This document shows, in pieces, positions 8,876 to 19,129 of a DNA stretch of 64,000 nucleotides; the first letter of the stretch is position 1; the number at the start of each line of letters is the position of its first letter. A program made the position numbers and the translations under genes. Origin of the DNA: an uncultured Candidatus Binatia bacterium. GTDB lineage: Bacteria > Desulfobacterota > Binatia > Bin18. Location: contig OZ243961.1 in the NCBI GenBank assembly GCA_965214605.1, forward strand, positions 640,001-704,000, written 5' to 3'. The notes beneath the pieces were generated by a model that saw only the letters and a list, made by a program, of their open reading frames with translations, ran no database searches and was not told the origin of the DNA.

Positions 8876-10462
8876 ATGGATGAGCAGACACCGCGGCAGC
8901 ATCCGTACCAACCACACGACAGTTTTGACGGCGGTGACCTCGACTGTGGCAACGGCCTGCTGCTGCTGATCCGCAAATATATCGATCCGCTGACCCCCGG
9001 TCAGCTGCTGGAGATTCTGTCAACCGAATCCTCTGTCGTTGAAGACCTGCCGGCCTGGTGTCGGCTGACCAAAAACGAGCTGGTGTCCCATATTCGGCAC
9101 GGCAAGCAGCATAGTTTTCTGGTCTCTAAGGGACCGTATCACAAGCCGGTCGACCAGGCGCCGGCTCCTCCGCACGTTCAGAAGAGTCGGCGCAAAAAAA
9201 CGCGGCTACCTCGCAGAGAGAGGGAACCAGCACCAATAACCCAGCCGATCAAAGAGGTTGTAATTCCCGGCGAGCTACCGGCCCCCCAACCCGCTCCTGC
9301 CGTTCCCCCCCTGTCGGTTATGAACATCGGCAGCTGGCCGCGTCCGCCGTGGTTGCTTCGGGCGCTGAACGACCGTATCGAAGGCCGGATGTCGGACGAA
9401 GAATTTTCTCAGACTGCCGAAGACGCGGTTCGTCTGGCAGTTGCCGCCCAGCAGCGAGCTGGGGTCCAGGTGTTGACCGACGGGGAGCAGCGCCGCGACA
9501 ACTACGCCAGCTTTGTGGGTGGCCTGCTCGACAACTGTCAGCTCATCCCCATCACTGACCTCCTGTCCTATGTTGATGATCCACACGAATTTGAGCGGGA
9601 GTTACGCGCCCTGGATGTCCCAGCCGGCAAAGTTCGCCATCCGGCCGTGTTTGGTCCCTTAGGTCGCAGCCGCCCGCTCACCGTTCACGAGGCCGACTTC
9701 TTGCGAAGCCTAACCCAGGCGCCAATTAAAATTGCCCTCCCTGGCCCATATCTGTTGACCCGGACGATGTGGATGGAGTGCATTTCAGACCGGGCCTACG
9801 ACAACCGCGAAGACCTAGCTACCGACATTGTTCGGGTTCTACGCGAGGAAATACACTCCCTGCTGGCCGCCGGTGTCTCGTTAGTCCAGCTTGATGAGCC
9901 GGTCCTGACCGAGGTCGTCTTCAGCGGCACGATCAACAACCGCACCTTCATGTGTGGCGCTCTAGGAGAGAAACGCGCACCTGATGCTGAACTGGCATTT
10001 GCCGAGTCACTTATTCAACGGGCCATCGCCGGCCTGCCCCAAGAACGCCTGGCCCTCCACATCTGTCGTGGGAATTGGACCCCGGACGAGAGCGTTGCCC
10101 TGGCTGGTGACTATGTCCCCCTCATCCCGCTTTTGCAAAAGTTACGGGTGGGGACGTTTTTCCTTGAAATGTGCACCCCCCGGGCTGGCGATATGGATGT
10201 CCTCAAAGAGGTTCCAGCCGAGGCGCGTCTTGGTATTGGTGTGGTGAATCAGAAGCACCAAGTGACGGAAAGTGTTGAAGAGGTCCTGACCAGGGCCGAG
10301 CGTGCGGTTAAACTGTTTGGGCCGGAACGGGTACTGTTCAACCCGGACTGCGGTTTTGCCACCTTTGCCGATAACCCGATCGTGTCAGCGCAACAGGCCG
10401 AGCAAAAGCTAGCGGTGATGGTCAAAGCCGCGGCCCTGCTGCAGGAGCGTTATCCGCTCTAG
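8876..10462 (+). CDS. Fusion of a TusA/SirA-like sulfur-carrier domain and a cobalamin-independent methionine synthase catalytic (core MetE) domain; alternative start 8852
   Basis: N-terminus FDGGDLDCG...PGQLLEILST...DLPAWCR; Pro/Arg-rich linker; IGSWPRP, TDGEQRR, PGPY, QLDEP; Zn ligands HICRGN, LE, NPDCGF. Confidence 0.88.
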   Translation: MDEQTPRQHPYQPHDSFDGGDLDCGNGLLLLIRKYIDPLTPGQLLEILSTESSVVEDLPAWCRLTKNELVSHIRHGKQHSFLVSKGPYHKPVDQAPAPPHVQKSRRKKTRLPRREREPAPITQPIKEVVIPGELPAPQPAPAVPPLSVMNIGSWPRPPWLLRALNDRIEGRMSDEEFSQTAEDAVRLAVAAQQRAGVQVLTDGEQRRDNYASFVGGLLDNCQLIPITDLLSYVDDPHEFERELRALDVPAGKVRHPAVFGPLGRSRPLTVHEADFLRSLTQAPIKIALPGPYLLTRTMWMECISDRAYDNREDLATDIVRVLREEIHSLLAAGVSLVQLDEPVLTEVVFSGTINNRTFMCGALGEKRAPDAELAFAESLIQRAIAGLPQERLALHICRGNWTPDESVALAGDYVPLIPLLQKLRVGTFFLEMCTPRAGDMDVLKEVPAEARLGIGVVNQKHQVTESVEEVLTRAERAVKLFGPERVLFNPDCGFATFADNPIVSAQQAEQKLAVMVKAAALLQERYPL

Positions 10463-10588
10463 GTCCGTTGGTCGCGGCCGAGCAATCTCGACGGGGGCGG
10501 CCCAGCCTTTCTTGGGGAGCCGCTTCGTGCTATACGCTTCTCAAGAACACCCGACAACAGACGGCTCTGCTCGTCAGGAGGCGAAAAC

Positions 10589-11074
10589 ATGACGCAGCTA
10601 CGCGTAGAGGGCGAGGTCTCCACCCCGCACGATTTTAGCTTTAACGACCTCACTCGGCTGCCCGGCCAAGTCGCCGATGTCGGGCAGTTTGTCCCCGGCC
10701 GGGACGGCAGTGGCGTTCGCCTGCGATCCCTGCTCGATTGGGTTGGCCCCAAAAATAGCGTTCAGTATATTACGCTAGAGTCCAGCGACGGGAAGTTTTC
10801 GGCCAGCCTGCCGGTCACCGCCGTACAAAACGCCATCGTAGCCTATCGGCTAGGCGATGAACCGCTGCCGGCCCAAAAAGGCGGGCCGTTTCGCTTTTTT
10901 ATTCCCCATGCTCAGGAGTGCACGGTTGGCGAGGTTGACGCCTGCGCCAACGTCAAATTTCTTGGTCGTCTCCACCTAAGCCATGAACGCGGTCGAGATG
11001 TCCGTCCAACCAGCCCAGCTTTGCACCAGGCCCACCACGAACGACCGGGGCATGAACATTTGCCCAAAGAATAG
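10589..11074 (+). CDS. Stand-alone small sulfite-oxidase-fold (Oxidored_molyb-like) protein
   Basis: AGGAGG RBS; LRVEGEV, GVRLRSLL, S.DG.F.ASLP, EPLP...GGPFR, CANVKFL; His-rich tail. Confidence 0.75.
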   Translation: MTQLRVEGEVSTPHDFSFNDLTRLPGQVADVGQFVPGRDGSGVRLRSLLDWVGPKNSVQYITLESSDGKFSASLPVTAVQNAIVAYRLGDEPLPAQKGGPFRFFIPHAQECTVGEVDACANVKFLGRLHLSHERGRDVRPTSPALHQAHHERPGHEHLPKE

Positions 11075-11077
11075 TCG

Positions 11078-11527
11078 ATGGATTCGTCTACACCACCATG
11101 TAGGACAAAGGCTGGCGTTGTTGCCGCCCGAACCAGAGCCGATGCTGAGCTTGAGGTGTTGCTGATCACCAGTCGCAAACATCCTCAGTCCTGGATTTTT
11201 CCGGTCGGAACCGTCGAGGCGGGAGAGAGCCTAGAGCAGGCAGCGGCCCGGGAGTGTGCCGAGGAGAGCGGCTATACGGTTGAGGTCGGTCCTCTGTTGG
11301 CCGAACTTGAGTTACCGGATGAGGCTGACAGGACTGTCCGACGGTTTATTTTCTTTGCCGCCAACATCACCGGCGAGTACGCGACGTATGAAATCGACCG
11401 CCAGCGGCGCTGGGTCCCACTCTCCGAGGTGGGAGAGTCTGTGGCTGCGGTATTCCGCCCGGTTGCCCGAGCAGCGACGGAAAACTGGACGCTGGATAGA
11501 CCGCCCACAGCCGTTCAAAAGACGTAG
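11078..11527 (+). CDS. NUDIX hydrolase (Ap6A/DIPP-like subfamily)
   Basis: VLLITSRK, WIFP, Nudix box GTVEAGESLEQAAARECAEESG. Confidence 0.9.
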   Translation: MDSSTPPCRTKAGVVAARTRADAELEVLLITSRKHPQSWIFPVGTVEAGESLEQAAARECAEESGYTVEVGPLLAELELPDEADRTVRRFIFFAANITGEYATYEIDRQRRWVPLSEVGESVAAVFRPVARAATENWTLDRPPTAVQKT

Positions 11528-11560
11528 ACTCAAGTCCGCTTTTGTCCATGTGACGATCGC

Positions 11561-13261
11561 CTACTCCTGTGTCACCCGCAGGACTTCGGCCACCGTTGTC
11601 AAGCCCTGAGCCACCGTTCGCCAGCCATCGTCCCGCAGGACGCGCATATTTTGGGTGGCGATGGCACGATTCTTAATCACGTCAGCCGAGGCGCGTTTGA
11701 GGATCAGCTGGCGTATGTCTTCATCGACCGTCATCAGCTCAAAGATACCCCGGCGACCGCGATAGCCGGTGTTGGCGCATGCTTCACAGCCGACCGCGTC
11801 ATACACCAATGCCGGGACAAGAGAGGTGCCATTGTCAGCACCGTTTACCCTGAGTCTCTGTCCGCCGAGCTCTACTCCGCCGCTTTGATCGGGACGGCGG
11901 CACTGGAGACATAATGAGCGGACTAAGCGCTGGGCCATCACCCCCAGCAACGAGGAGGCCAACAGATAGTCTTCAACTCCCATCTCCAGGAGTCGAGAAA
12001 CTGCACCGGCAGCATCGTTCGTATGGAGGGTCGAGAACACCAAGTGACCAGTCAGTGCGGACTGAATCGCAATCTCGGCGGTCTCATAGTCCCGAATCTC
12101 ACCGACCATAATAACATCCGGGTCTTGACGCACGATCGAACGCAGCCCAGAGGCAAAGCTGAGGCCGATTTGGGGTTTGACGTGGACCTGATTCACACCA
12201 CTTAGCTGATATTCGACCGGATCTTCGATGGTAATAATCTTTTTGTCGGGTGAGTTAATTTTGTCTAGGGCACCATACAGCGTGGTCGTCTTTCCACTCC
12301 CGGTCGGACCTGTCACCAGGATCATGCCGTAGGGCTTGGTAATCATGGTCTCGAACAGCCCCAGGGTATCTTCTGGGAACCCGAGGGATTCGAGGCTCAG
12401 CGTAATACTTGAGCGATCAAGAATACGTAAGACAACACTTTCTCCGTACAGCGTCGGCAGAGTTGAGACCCGCAGGTCCACCTCGCGGCCTAACATACGT
12501 AGCTTGATCCGCCCGTCCTGGGGCAATCGACGTTCGGCAATATTCAGCTTCGCCATCAGCTTGACGCGTGAGATGAGGGCGGCCTGCAACCGGCGCGGAG
12601 GCGCCTCAATATCGTGCAGGATACCGTCGATGCGGTAGCGGATACGGAGTTCCTTCTCAAACGGCTCAATGTGAATATCTGAGGCTCGCTGCTCCATCGC
12701 CCGAGAGATCATGACGTTGACCAAGCGAATGACCGGAGCCTCACTGGCCAGGTCACGCAGATGCTCAACGTCGTCCTGATCCTCTTCGAGATACCCATCC
12801 TCTCCGGCCTCATTCTCCAGACCGTTGGCCCTCTCGTCCCCTTCGGCGTAGTAGGTGGTTAAGGCGTCCAACAGCTCGCGTTCACGCGCCAAACGACGTA
12901 CCACCCGCAAACCGGTTGCCTTCTCCAGGGCTTCGACTGCGTCTACATCCCCAGGATCGGCCATAGCGGCTATGAGCTGGCCATCCTGAACGCTCAGCGG
13001 ACAGATACGCGCCTGACGAAAATACGCGGGATTGATAGAGTTCAGATCGGGAGGAGCTTGCGGAAAATCACCTACCCCGATCAGCGGGGTTTGGTAGTAG
13101 TTGGCCAGGACGGGTAGCAAATCATCCTCAGAGATAAAGCCGAGTTCAAGCAGCAGGCGCTCTAGTGGTTCACCGCGTTCTTGCTGGACCAACTGAACTC
13201 GGCGCAGATCGTCGGTCGACAGCTTGCCGGTCGACAGCAGCATTTTATCAAGCCGACTCAT
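11561..13261 (-). CDS. gspE: Type II secretion / pilus assembly ATPase (GspE/PulE family)
   Basis: T2SSE N-domain, ASDIHIEP, GPTGSGKTTT, EDPVE, RQDPDVIMVGEIRD, CxxC...CxxC. Confidence 0.9.
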   Translation of the reverse strand: MSRLDKMLLSTGKLSTDDLRRVQLVQQERGEPLERLLLELGFISEDDLLPVLANYYQTPLIGVGDFPQAPPDLNSINPAYFRQARICPLSVQDGQLIAAMADPGDVDAVEALEKATGLRVVRRLARERELLDALTTYYAEGDERANGLENEAGEDGYLEEDQDDVEHLRDLASEAPVIRLVNVMISRAMEQRASDIHIEPFEKELRIRYRIDGILHDIEAPPRRLQAALISRVKLMAKLNIAERRLPQDGRIKLRMLGREVDLRVSTLPTLYGESVVLRILDRSSITLSLESLGFPEDTLGLFETMITKPYGMILVTGPTGSGKTTTLYGALDKINSPDKKIITIEDPVEYQLSGVNQVHVKPQIGLSFASGLRSIVRQDPDVIMVGEIRDYETAEIAIQSALTGHLVFSTLHTNDAAGAVSRLLEMGVEDYLLASSLLGVMAQRLVRSLCLQCRRPDQSGGVELGGQRLRVNGADNGTSLVPALVYDAVGCEACANTGYRGRRGIFELMTVDEDIRQLILKRASADVIKNRAIATQNMRVLRDDGWRTVAQGLTTVAEVLRVTQE

Positions 13262-13273
13262 GGGCTCCCTATC

Positions 13274-13984
13274 CTAGTAAATCAGCGACCCGAGGCGCTC
13301 CCAACGCACCCACCGGTCAGCCCCGTCCCATGACCAGTAAATCAGAAAGGCTTTGCCTTTGACATCCCGCGCGTCGACAAAGCCCCAAAACCGGCTGTCA
13401 TGGCTGTGGTCACGGTTATCGCCCATCACAAAGAGCTGGTTGGCCGGGACCCGAATCGGCCCTACATTATCGCGCGGTCCTGGCCGTTCCTGGCCAGCCT
13501 CGGCAAACGTGGCGTAGGGATCGTCGGCTGCCTGACCGTTGATAAAGAGTCTTTTATGACGGATCTCAACCGTATCCCCGCCAATTGCCACCACCCGCTT
13601 AATGAAGTCTTTGCTATTATCCTTGGGATAGACAAAGACAATCACGTCACCGCGCCGGGGTTGACTCCACTGGACGATGGGCAGCTCGATTGGATAGGGG
13701 AGGCGCAGACCGTACTGAAACTTGTTGACTAAGATGTGATCGCCGACCTGGAGGGTCGTCAGCATTGAGCCTGAGGGAATTTTAAAGGCTTGAACAATAA
13801 AGCTACGGATGAACAGGGCTAGCAGCAGGGCGACCAAGAGGGCTTCGGTGTATTCCCGAATAACAGATTTTTGCCTGCGCTTAACCGATCTGGGAGTTGC
13901 CTTGCCTCCGGCAGTCGGGGTGACTGACTCAAGGGCGGCTTGTACGGACAGTTTGTTCTTGGCCATGACCCGTCTACTGTCCAC
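13274..13984 (-). CDS. lepB: Signal peptidase I
   Basis: IPSGSM, IKRV, GDNRDHSHDSRFWG; follows lepA. Confidence 0.95.
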   Translation of the reverse strand: MDSRRVMAKNKLSVQAALESVTPTAGGKATPRSVKRRQKSVIREYTEALLVALLLALFIRSFIVQAFKIPSGSMLTTLQVGDHILVNKFQYGLRLPYPIELPIVQWSQPRRGDVIVFVYPKDNSKDFIKRVVAIGGDTVEIRHKRLFINGQAADDPYATFAEAGQERPGPRDNVGPIRVPANQLFVMGDNRDHSHDSRFWGFVDARDVKGKAFLIYWSWDGADRWVRWERLGSLIY

Positions 13985-14035
13985 GGCGCCGACTGTTCAC
14001 AAGAGGTGGAGGATCTCTTCTTGATGAGGTGGCCA

Positions 14036-15847
14036 TCAGCGTTCACCTTTTTCCCGAACCCGTAGCAGGGCGAGAAAAGCGTCCTGCGGAATCTCAACCC
14101 GTCCAACTTGTTTCATGCGCCGTTTCCCCTCTTTTTGCTTTTCTAGCAGTTTTCGCTTACGCGTCATATCCCCTCCGTAGCACTTGGCGGTGACATTTTT
14201 GCGTAGCGCTTTGACGCTTTCACGGGCAATCACTTTATTGCCAATAGCCGCTTGGACTGCCACCTCGAACATCTGACGCGGGATCAGCTGGCGCATTTTT
14301 TGGACCAGTTCGCGGCCCCGACTATAGGCTTGATCACGGTGGACAATCAACGAGAGGGCATCGACAATGTCGTTGTTGATACGCACGTCAAGCCTGACCA
14401 AATCGGCCGGCCGGAGGTCGAGCAGCTCATAGTCGAACGACGCGTAGCCGCGAGTGATCGACTTGAGGCGATCATGGAAGTCAACCACAACTTCGTTGAG
14501 CGGCAGTTCGTATAACACTATGGCACGCTGGACGCCCGGATATTTCAGCTCGCGCTGGACGCCACGCCGTTCCTGGCAGAGCTGGAGAACGTTGCCGAGA
14601 TACTCGCTCGGGACATGGATGGTGGCCAGAATGAACGGCTCTTCAATCGCCTCAATCTCCTGGACCGGTGGCAGCAGAGCCGGATTATCGACTAGGAGCG
14701 ATTCGCCGGTCGGTTTCCGCACGCGATACTCAACGGTCGGTGTCGTGGTAATGAGATCCAGACCAAACTCTCGCTCTATACGCTCCTGGACAATCTCCAT
14801 GTGCAGCAGGCCTAAAAAGCCGCACCGGAAGCCAAAACCGAGCGCCAAAGAACTCTCTTTTTCATAGCTCAAGGAGGAATCGTTCAGCTGGAGTTTCTCC
14901 ATAGCGTCGCGCAGCGCGTCGTACTGGTGAGATTCGACCGGGTAGAGGCCGCTAAACACCATGGGGTTAACCTCTTTAAAGCCGGGTAATGGCTGCTGCG
15001 TCGGCCGCTCAGCGTCGGTAATCGTATCCCCGACCAGAGCCTCGGTCACTGTCTTAATGTTGGCCATGACAAAGCCGACCTCACCGGGACCAAGCTCAGA
15101 CACGGCTCGTGGCCGAGGGGCAAAAACGCCGACCTGGCCCACTTCGTAGACCTTGCCGGTTGACACAAACTGGATGCGCATCCCCGCGCGCAGCACCCCG
15201 TCAAAGACGCGGACCTGTACAACCGCGCCCTGGTAGGGGTCAAACCAGCTATCAAACAGAAGGGCGCTGAGCGGCAGCTGAACGTCTCCCTGGGGAGCGG
15301 GGACCGTCCGAACAATCCCTTCTAGCACCTCAAGAATCCCGCGTCCGTGTTTGGCACTGGCTAAGACGGCCTCGCTGCCGTCCAAACCGATGACATCCTC
15401 TAATTCGGCCCGCACCCGTTTGGGATCGGCGCCGGGGAGATCTATTTTGTTAATAACTGGCAGAATTTCCAGCGAGTGGTCCAGGGCTAAATAGGTGTTG
15501 GCTAGGGTTTGGGCTTCTACGCCCTGGGCGGCGTCAACAACTAGGATCGCGCCCTCACACGCCGACAAACTACGCGAAACTTCGTAGGAAAAGTCGACAT
15601 GGCCGGGAGTATCAATTAAATTCAAACAGTAGGTCTTACCGTCCTGGGCCTGGTAGCGGAGGCGCACCGTCCGAGCCTTAATCGTAATCCCCCGCTCTTG
15701 CTCCAGATCCATAGTATCCAGAAACTGGGTCGCCTCTTCACGTTCGCTGAGCGATCCCGAATACGACAGCAGCTTGTCGGCCAGCGTCGATTTGCCATGA
15801 TCGATATGGGCAACGATGCTAAAGTTGCGAATCAGGCTGCTATCCAT
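14036..15847 (-). CDS. lepA: Elongation factor 4
   Basis: [44 protein letters not shown]. Confidence 0.98.
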   Translation of the reverse strand: MDSSLIRNFSIVAHIDHGKSTLADKLLSYSGSLSEREEATQFLDTMDLEQERGITIKARTVRLRYQAQDGKTYCLNLIDTPGHVDFSYEVSRSLSACEGAILVVDAAQGVEAQTLANTYLALDHSLEILPVINKIDLPGADPKRVRAELEDVIGLDGSEAVLASAKHGRGILEVLEGIVRTVPAPQGDVQLPLSALLFDSWFDPYQGAVVQVRVFDGVLRAGMRIQFVSTGKVYEVGQVGVFAPRPRAVSELGPGEVGFVMANIKTVTEALVGDTITDAERPTQQPLPGFKEVNPMVFSGLYPVESHQYDALRDAMEKLQLNDSSLSYEKESSLALGFGFRCGFLGLLHMEIVQERIEREFGLDLITTTPTVEYRVRKPTGESLLVDNPALLPPVQEIEAIEEPFILATIHVPSEYLGNVLQLCQERRGVQRELKYPGVQRAIVLYELPLNEVVVDFHDRLKSITRGYASFDYELLDLRPADLVRLDVRINNDIVDALSLIVHRDQAYSRGRELVQKMRQLIPRQMFEVAVQAAIGNKVIARESVKALRKNVTAKCYGGDMTRKRKLLEKQKEGKRRMKQVGRVEIPQDAFLALLRVREKGER

Positions 15848-15856
15848 GGAGTAATG

Positions 15857-16783
15857 CTATCCATCCCGTCGGTCTCGAAAGAAGGCCACCGTCTGTGCCA
15901 ATCCGTCGGCGATCGCCACCCGTGGGCGCCAGCCCAATATCTGCTCGGCTCGGTCCCCGGCCAAGACACTCCGGCGCTGCTCGCCAGCTTGGACTGGCCC
16001 GTGTTGTTCAGCGACGTCTGCTCTGGTCAGGTGGCACAGCCGCTGAAACAGCGCGTTCACGGTAGTCTCTCGTCCGCTACCAATATTCAGCACCCCCGTA
16101 TAGTCCGTCCACAGAGCTGCCACATTCGCCCGCGCCACGTCGTGGACAAACACATAGTCGCGCGTCTGCTCGCCGTCGCCATGAATCACCGGCTGTTTTC
16201 CAGCCAACATGCGCTGGCTGAAAATCGCCACTACCCCGGCTTCGCCATACGGGTCTTGACGCGGACCGTAGATATTGGCGTAGCGTAACGCCATATACGG
16301 AAGCCCGTACTCGGTATGATAGAAGGACAAATAGTGCTCTCCGCTCAGCTTGCTCACGCCATATGGACTAATCGGCCGGGTGGGATGAGTCTCATCGGCC
16401 GGAAAAATCTGCTGCTCACCATAGACCGTCCCGCCTGAGGAGGCAAAGATGATCTTACCCGCTCCGGCTTGGCGGGCTCCTTCGAGGACGTTCAGAAGTC
16501 CGCAGATATTCACCCGCGCATCAAACAGTGGATCGGCCACCGAACGGCGGACATCAATCTGTGCGGCATGGTGGTTTACGACCTCGATTTTCTCTTCAAC
16601 AATCAGCCGCCTCACGTCCGGATCTTGAATTGCGGCCCGGACAAAACGCGCTTGCGTGTGCAGATTCTCACGCTTGCCGGTCGATAAGTCATCGACCACA
16701 ATAACCTCATGACCGGCTGCAATATAGGCGTCCACAACATGGGAACCGATAAATCCCGCTCCCCCGGTGACCAACACTCGCAT
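15857..16783 (-). CDS. NAD-dependent epimerase (UDP-glucose 4-epimerase-like)
   Basis: TGGAGFIGSH, SSGG, YGVSK, NIYGPRQ. Confidence 0.9.
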   Translation of the reverse strand: MRVLVTGGAGFIGSHVVDAYIAAGHEVIVVDDLSTGKRENLHTQARFVRAAIQDPDVRRLIVEEKIEVVNHHAAQIDVRRSVADPLFDARVNICGLLNVLEGARQAGAGKIIFASSGGTVYGEQQIFPADETHPTRPISPYGVSKLSGEHYLSFYHTEYGLPYMALRYANIYGPRQDPYGEAGVVAIFSQRMLAGKQPVIHGDGEQTRDYVFVHDVARANVAALWTDYTGVLNIGSGRETTVNALFQRLCHLTRADVAEQHGPVQAGEQRRSVLAGDRAEQILGWRPRVAIADGLAQTVAFFRDRRDG

Positions 16784-16807
16784 ACCTGATTCTCCTATCG
16801 GACCCGT

Positions 16808-17749
16808 CTATTCGTATTCGAGCTTGTCCCGAAAATAGGCAATGGTTTGGCTGAGTCCTTCTTGGAGGGATACCTGCGGCTCCCACCTCAGCACCCGCTG
16901 TGCCAGGCTAATATCCGGCTGGCGGACCTGAGGATCATCAACCGGCAGCGGCTGAAAGGTGATCTGACTCCGGCTGCCGGTCAGGTCGATAACCAACTTG
17001 GCAAAGTCTAGCACGGACATCTCTTGAGGATTCCCGAGATTGACCGGGTCAGTATAATCAGAATGCAGCAGCCGACAGATCCCCTCGACCAGATCGGTCA
17101 CAAAGCAAAAGCTGCGGGTTTGGCTGCCATCGCCATACACGGTCAGGTCCTCATCGCACAGAGCTTGGCAGATGAAATTAGGCACCACTCGGCCGTCTCC
17201 GAACCGCATCCGCGGTCCATAGGTATTAAAGATGCGCCCAATCCGCGTCTCAAGGCCGTGGCTGCGATGGTAGGCCATCACTAGTGCTTCAGCAAAGCGT
17301 TTGGCCTCATCATACACCCCACGCGGACCGATGGGATTGACGTTGCCCCAGTAGACCTCTTTTTGCGGATGGACGAGCGGGTCGCCGTAGACCTCTGAGG
17401 TTGAGGCCAGGAGGAGGCGGGCACCTTTTTCTTTCGCCAGACCTAGCGCCTTATGGGTACCGAGCGAGCCGACTTTGAGGGTTTGAATTGGCAGCTCAAG
17501 GTAATCAATCGGACTCGCCGGGGAGGCAAAGTGGAGAATCGAGTCCAGCCGGCCCTTGACATACATATACGTCGTAACATCCTGGGGAATGAAGGAAAAG
17601 CGCGCGTCTGAAAAGAGATGGCTAATATTCTCGGCGCTGCCGGTCAGCAGATTATCGACACAGACAACCTCGTGCCCCTCGGCCAGGAAGCGCTCGCACA
17701 AGTGCGACCCGATAAAGCCCCCCCCCCCCGTTACTAAGATACGTGCCAT
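16808..17749 (-). CDS. uxs: UDP-glucuronate decarboxylase (UDP-xylose synthase)
   Basis: [53 protein letters not shown]. Confidence 0.92.
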   Translation of the reverse strand: MARILVTGGGGFIGSHLCERFLAEGHEVVCVDNLLTGSAENISHLFSDARFSFIPQDVTTYMYVKGRLDSILHFASPASPIDYLELPIQTLKVGSLGTHKALGLAKEKGARLLLASTSEVYGDPLVHPQKEVYWGNVNPIGPRGVYDEAKRFAEALVMAYHRSHGLETRIGRIFNTYGPRMRFGDGRVVPNFICQALCDEDLTVYGDGSQTRSFCFVTDLVEGICRLLHSDYTDPVNLGNPQEMSVLDFAKLVIDLTGSRSQITFQPLPVDDPQVRQPDISLAQRVLRWEPQVSLQEGLSQTIAYFRDKLEYE

Positions 17750-17756
17750 TCCTGCC

Positions 17757-19097
17757 TCAGGCCGCAGACGCCGTGTCTGGAGAGATGTGGCCAACGGCCC
17801 GGCGTCCGACCGAATAGTAGCGAAAGCCCTCTTGGTCCATTATCCTCGGCTCATACAGGTTGCGACCGTCAAAAATGATTGGCGTCTTCATCACCGAACG
17901 CATACGAGCAAAGTCGGGCCGCCGAAACTCGTTCCACTCGGTCACGATCAGCAGGGCATCCGCCCCCTCCAGAGCCTCGTAATTGCCCCAGTGGTAGGAC
18001 ACGCGTGAGCCAAACAGCTGACGGGCCTGGTCAAGCGCTTCCGGGTCGTGCACCGCAAGGCTGGCTCCAGAGGCCAGCAGGGCCTCAATAATCACCACCG
18101 ATGGGGCTTCACGCATATCATCGGTACGCGGCTTAAAGGCCAAGCCCCAGATGGTCAGTTTTCGCCCGCTGAGATCGGCCCCAAAGGTCTGCTGAACCTT
18201 CTCAATTAAGAGCCGCTTCTGCCGGGCGTTGACCGCCTCGACGGCTCTTAACAACGAGAAGTCCACATCATGGCTCTCGGCCGTCCGGATGACCGCCCGG
18301 ACATCCTTGGGAAAGCACGAGCCGCCGTAGCCAACGCCGGGAAACAGGAAGGCGTGACCAATCCGCCGATCAGTCCCAATACCGTGCCGCACGTCGGCTA
18401 CATCGGCTCCGACTTTTTCACACAGTTGGGCAATTTCGTTGATAAACGAAATACGGGTGGCCAGAAACGCGTTGGCCGCATACTTGGTCATTTCTGCGCT
18501 GCGGTTATCCATCACCAGAATTGGATTGTCCGTGCGGACAAACGGCGTGTACAGCTCCTGTAAGATGGAGAGGGCGCGCTCGTTAGTACCGCCCAGGACA
18601 ACACGGTCGGGTTTCATGAAGTCTTCCACAGCCGCCCCTTCTTTGAGAAACTCGGGATTCGAGATAATGTCAAACGGATGCTCGGTGACCGCCGCCATCA
18701 TGTGGCGGACTTCGTGGGCTGTCCCGACCGGTACCGTACTCTTGAGGACCACAATCCGGTAGCCCGGCATGACGCTAGCAATGCCCCGCGCGGCCTCGAT
18801 CACCATCTGCACATCGGCTGAGCCGTCGCTGTCAGGCGGCGTACCAACGGCGATAAAACACACCAAACTGTCCTTAACCGCCCCCTCTAGATCGCTTGAG
18901 AACCGCAGTCGTCCATTCGCCGTGTTACGCTGCATCAGTTCCGCCAAGCCGGGTTCGTAGATCGGCACTCGGCCAGCGTTTAGTTCGGCGATCTTATGCC
19001 GGTCGATGTCGACACACACCACCTCATTTCCGCTCTCGGCAAAACAAATTCCCGCCACCAATCCGACATACCCTGTTCCAATAACGCACAGCCTCAT
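17757..19097 (-). CDS. ugd: UDP-glucose 6-dehydrogenase
   Basis: [39 protein letters not shown]. Confidence 0.95.
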   Translation of the reverse strand: MRLCVIGTGYVGLVAGICFAESGNEVVCVDIDRHKIAELNAGRVPIYEPGLAELMQRNTANGRLRFSSDLEGAVKDSLVCFIAVGTPPDSDGSADVQMVIEAARGIASVMPGYRIVVLKSTVPVGTAHEVRHMMAAVTEHPFDIISNPEFLKEGAAVEDFMKPDRVVLGGTNERALSILQELYTPFVRTDNPILVMDNRSAEMTKYAANAFLATRISFINEIAQLCEKVGADVADVRHGIGTDRRIGHAFLFPGVGYGGSCFPKDVRAVIRTAESHDVDFSLLRAVEAVNARQKRLLIEKVQQTFGADLSGRKLTIWGLAFKPRTDDMREAPSVVIIEALLASGASLAVHDPEALDQARQLFGSRVSYHWGNYEALEGADALLIVTEWNEFRRPDFARMRSVMKTPIIFDGRNLYEPRIMDQEGFRYYSVGRRAVGHISPDTASAA

Positions 19098-19129
19098 AGC
19101 CTCTCCTGAACACGGAGCCTTTGGCTCTC

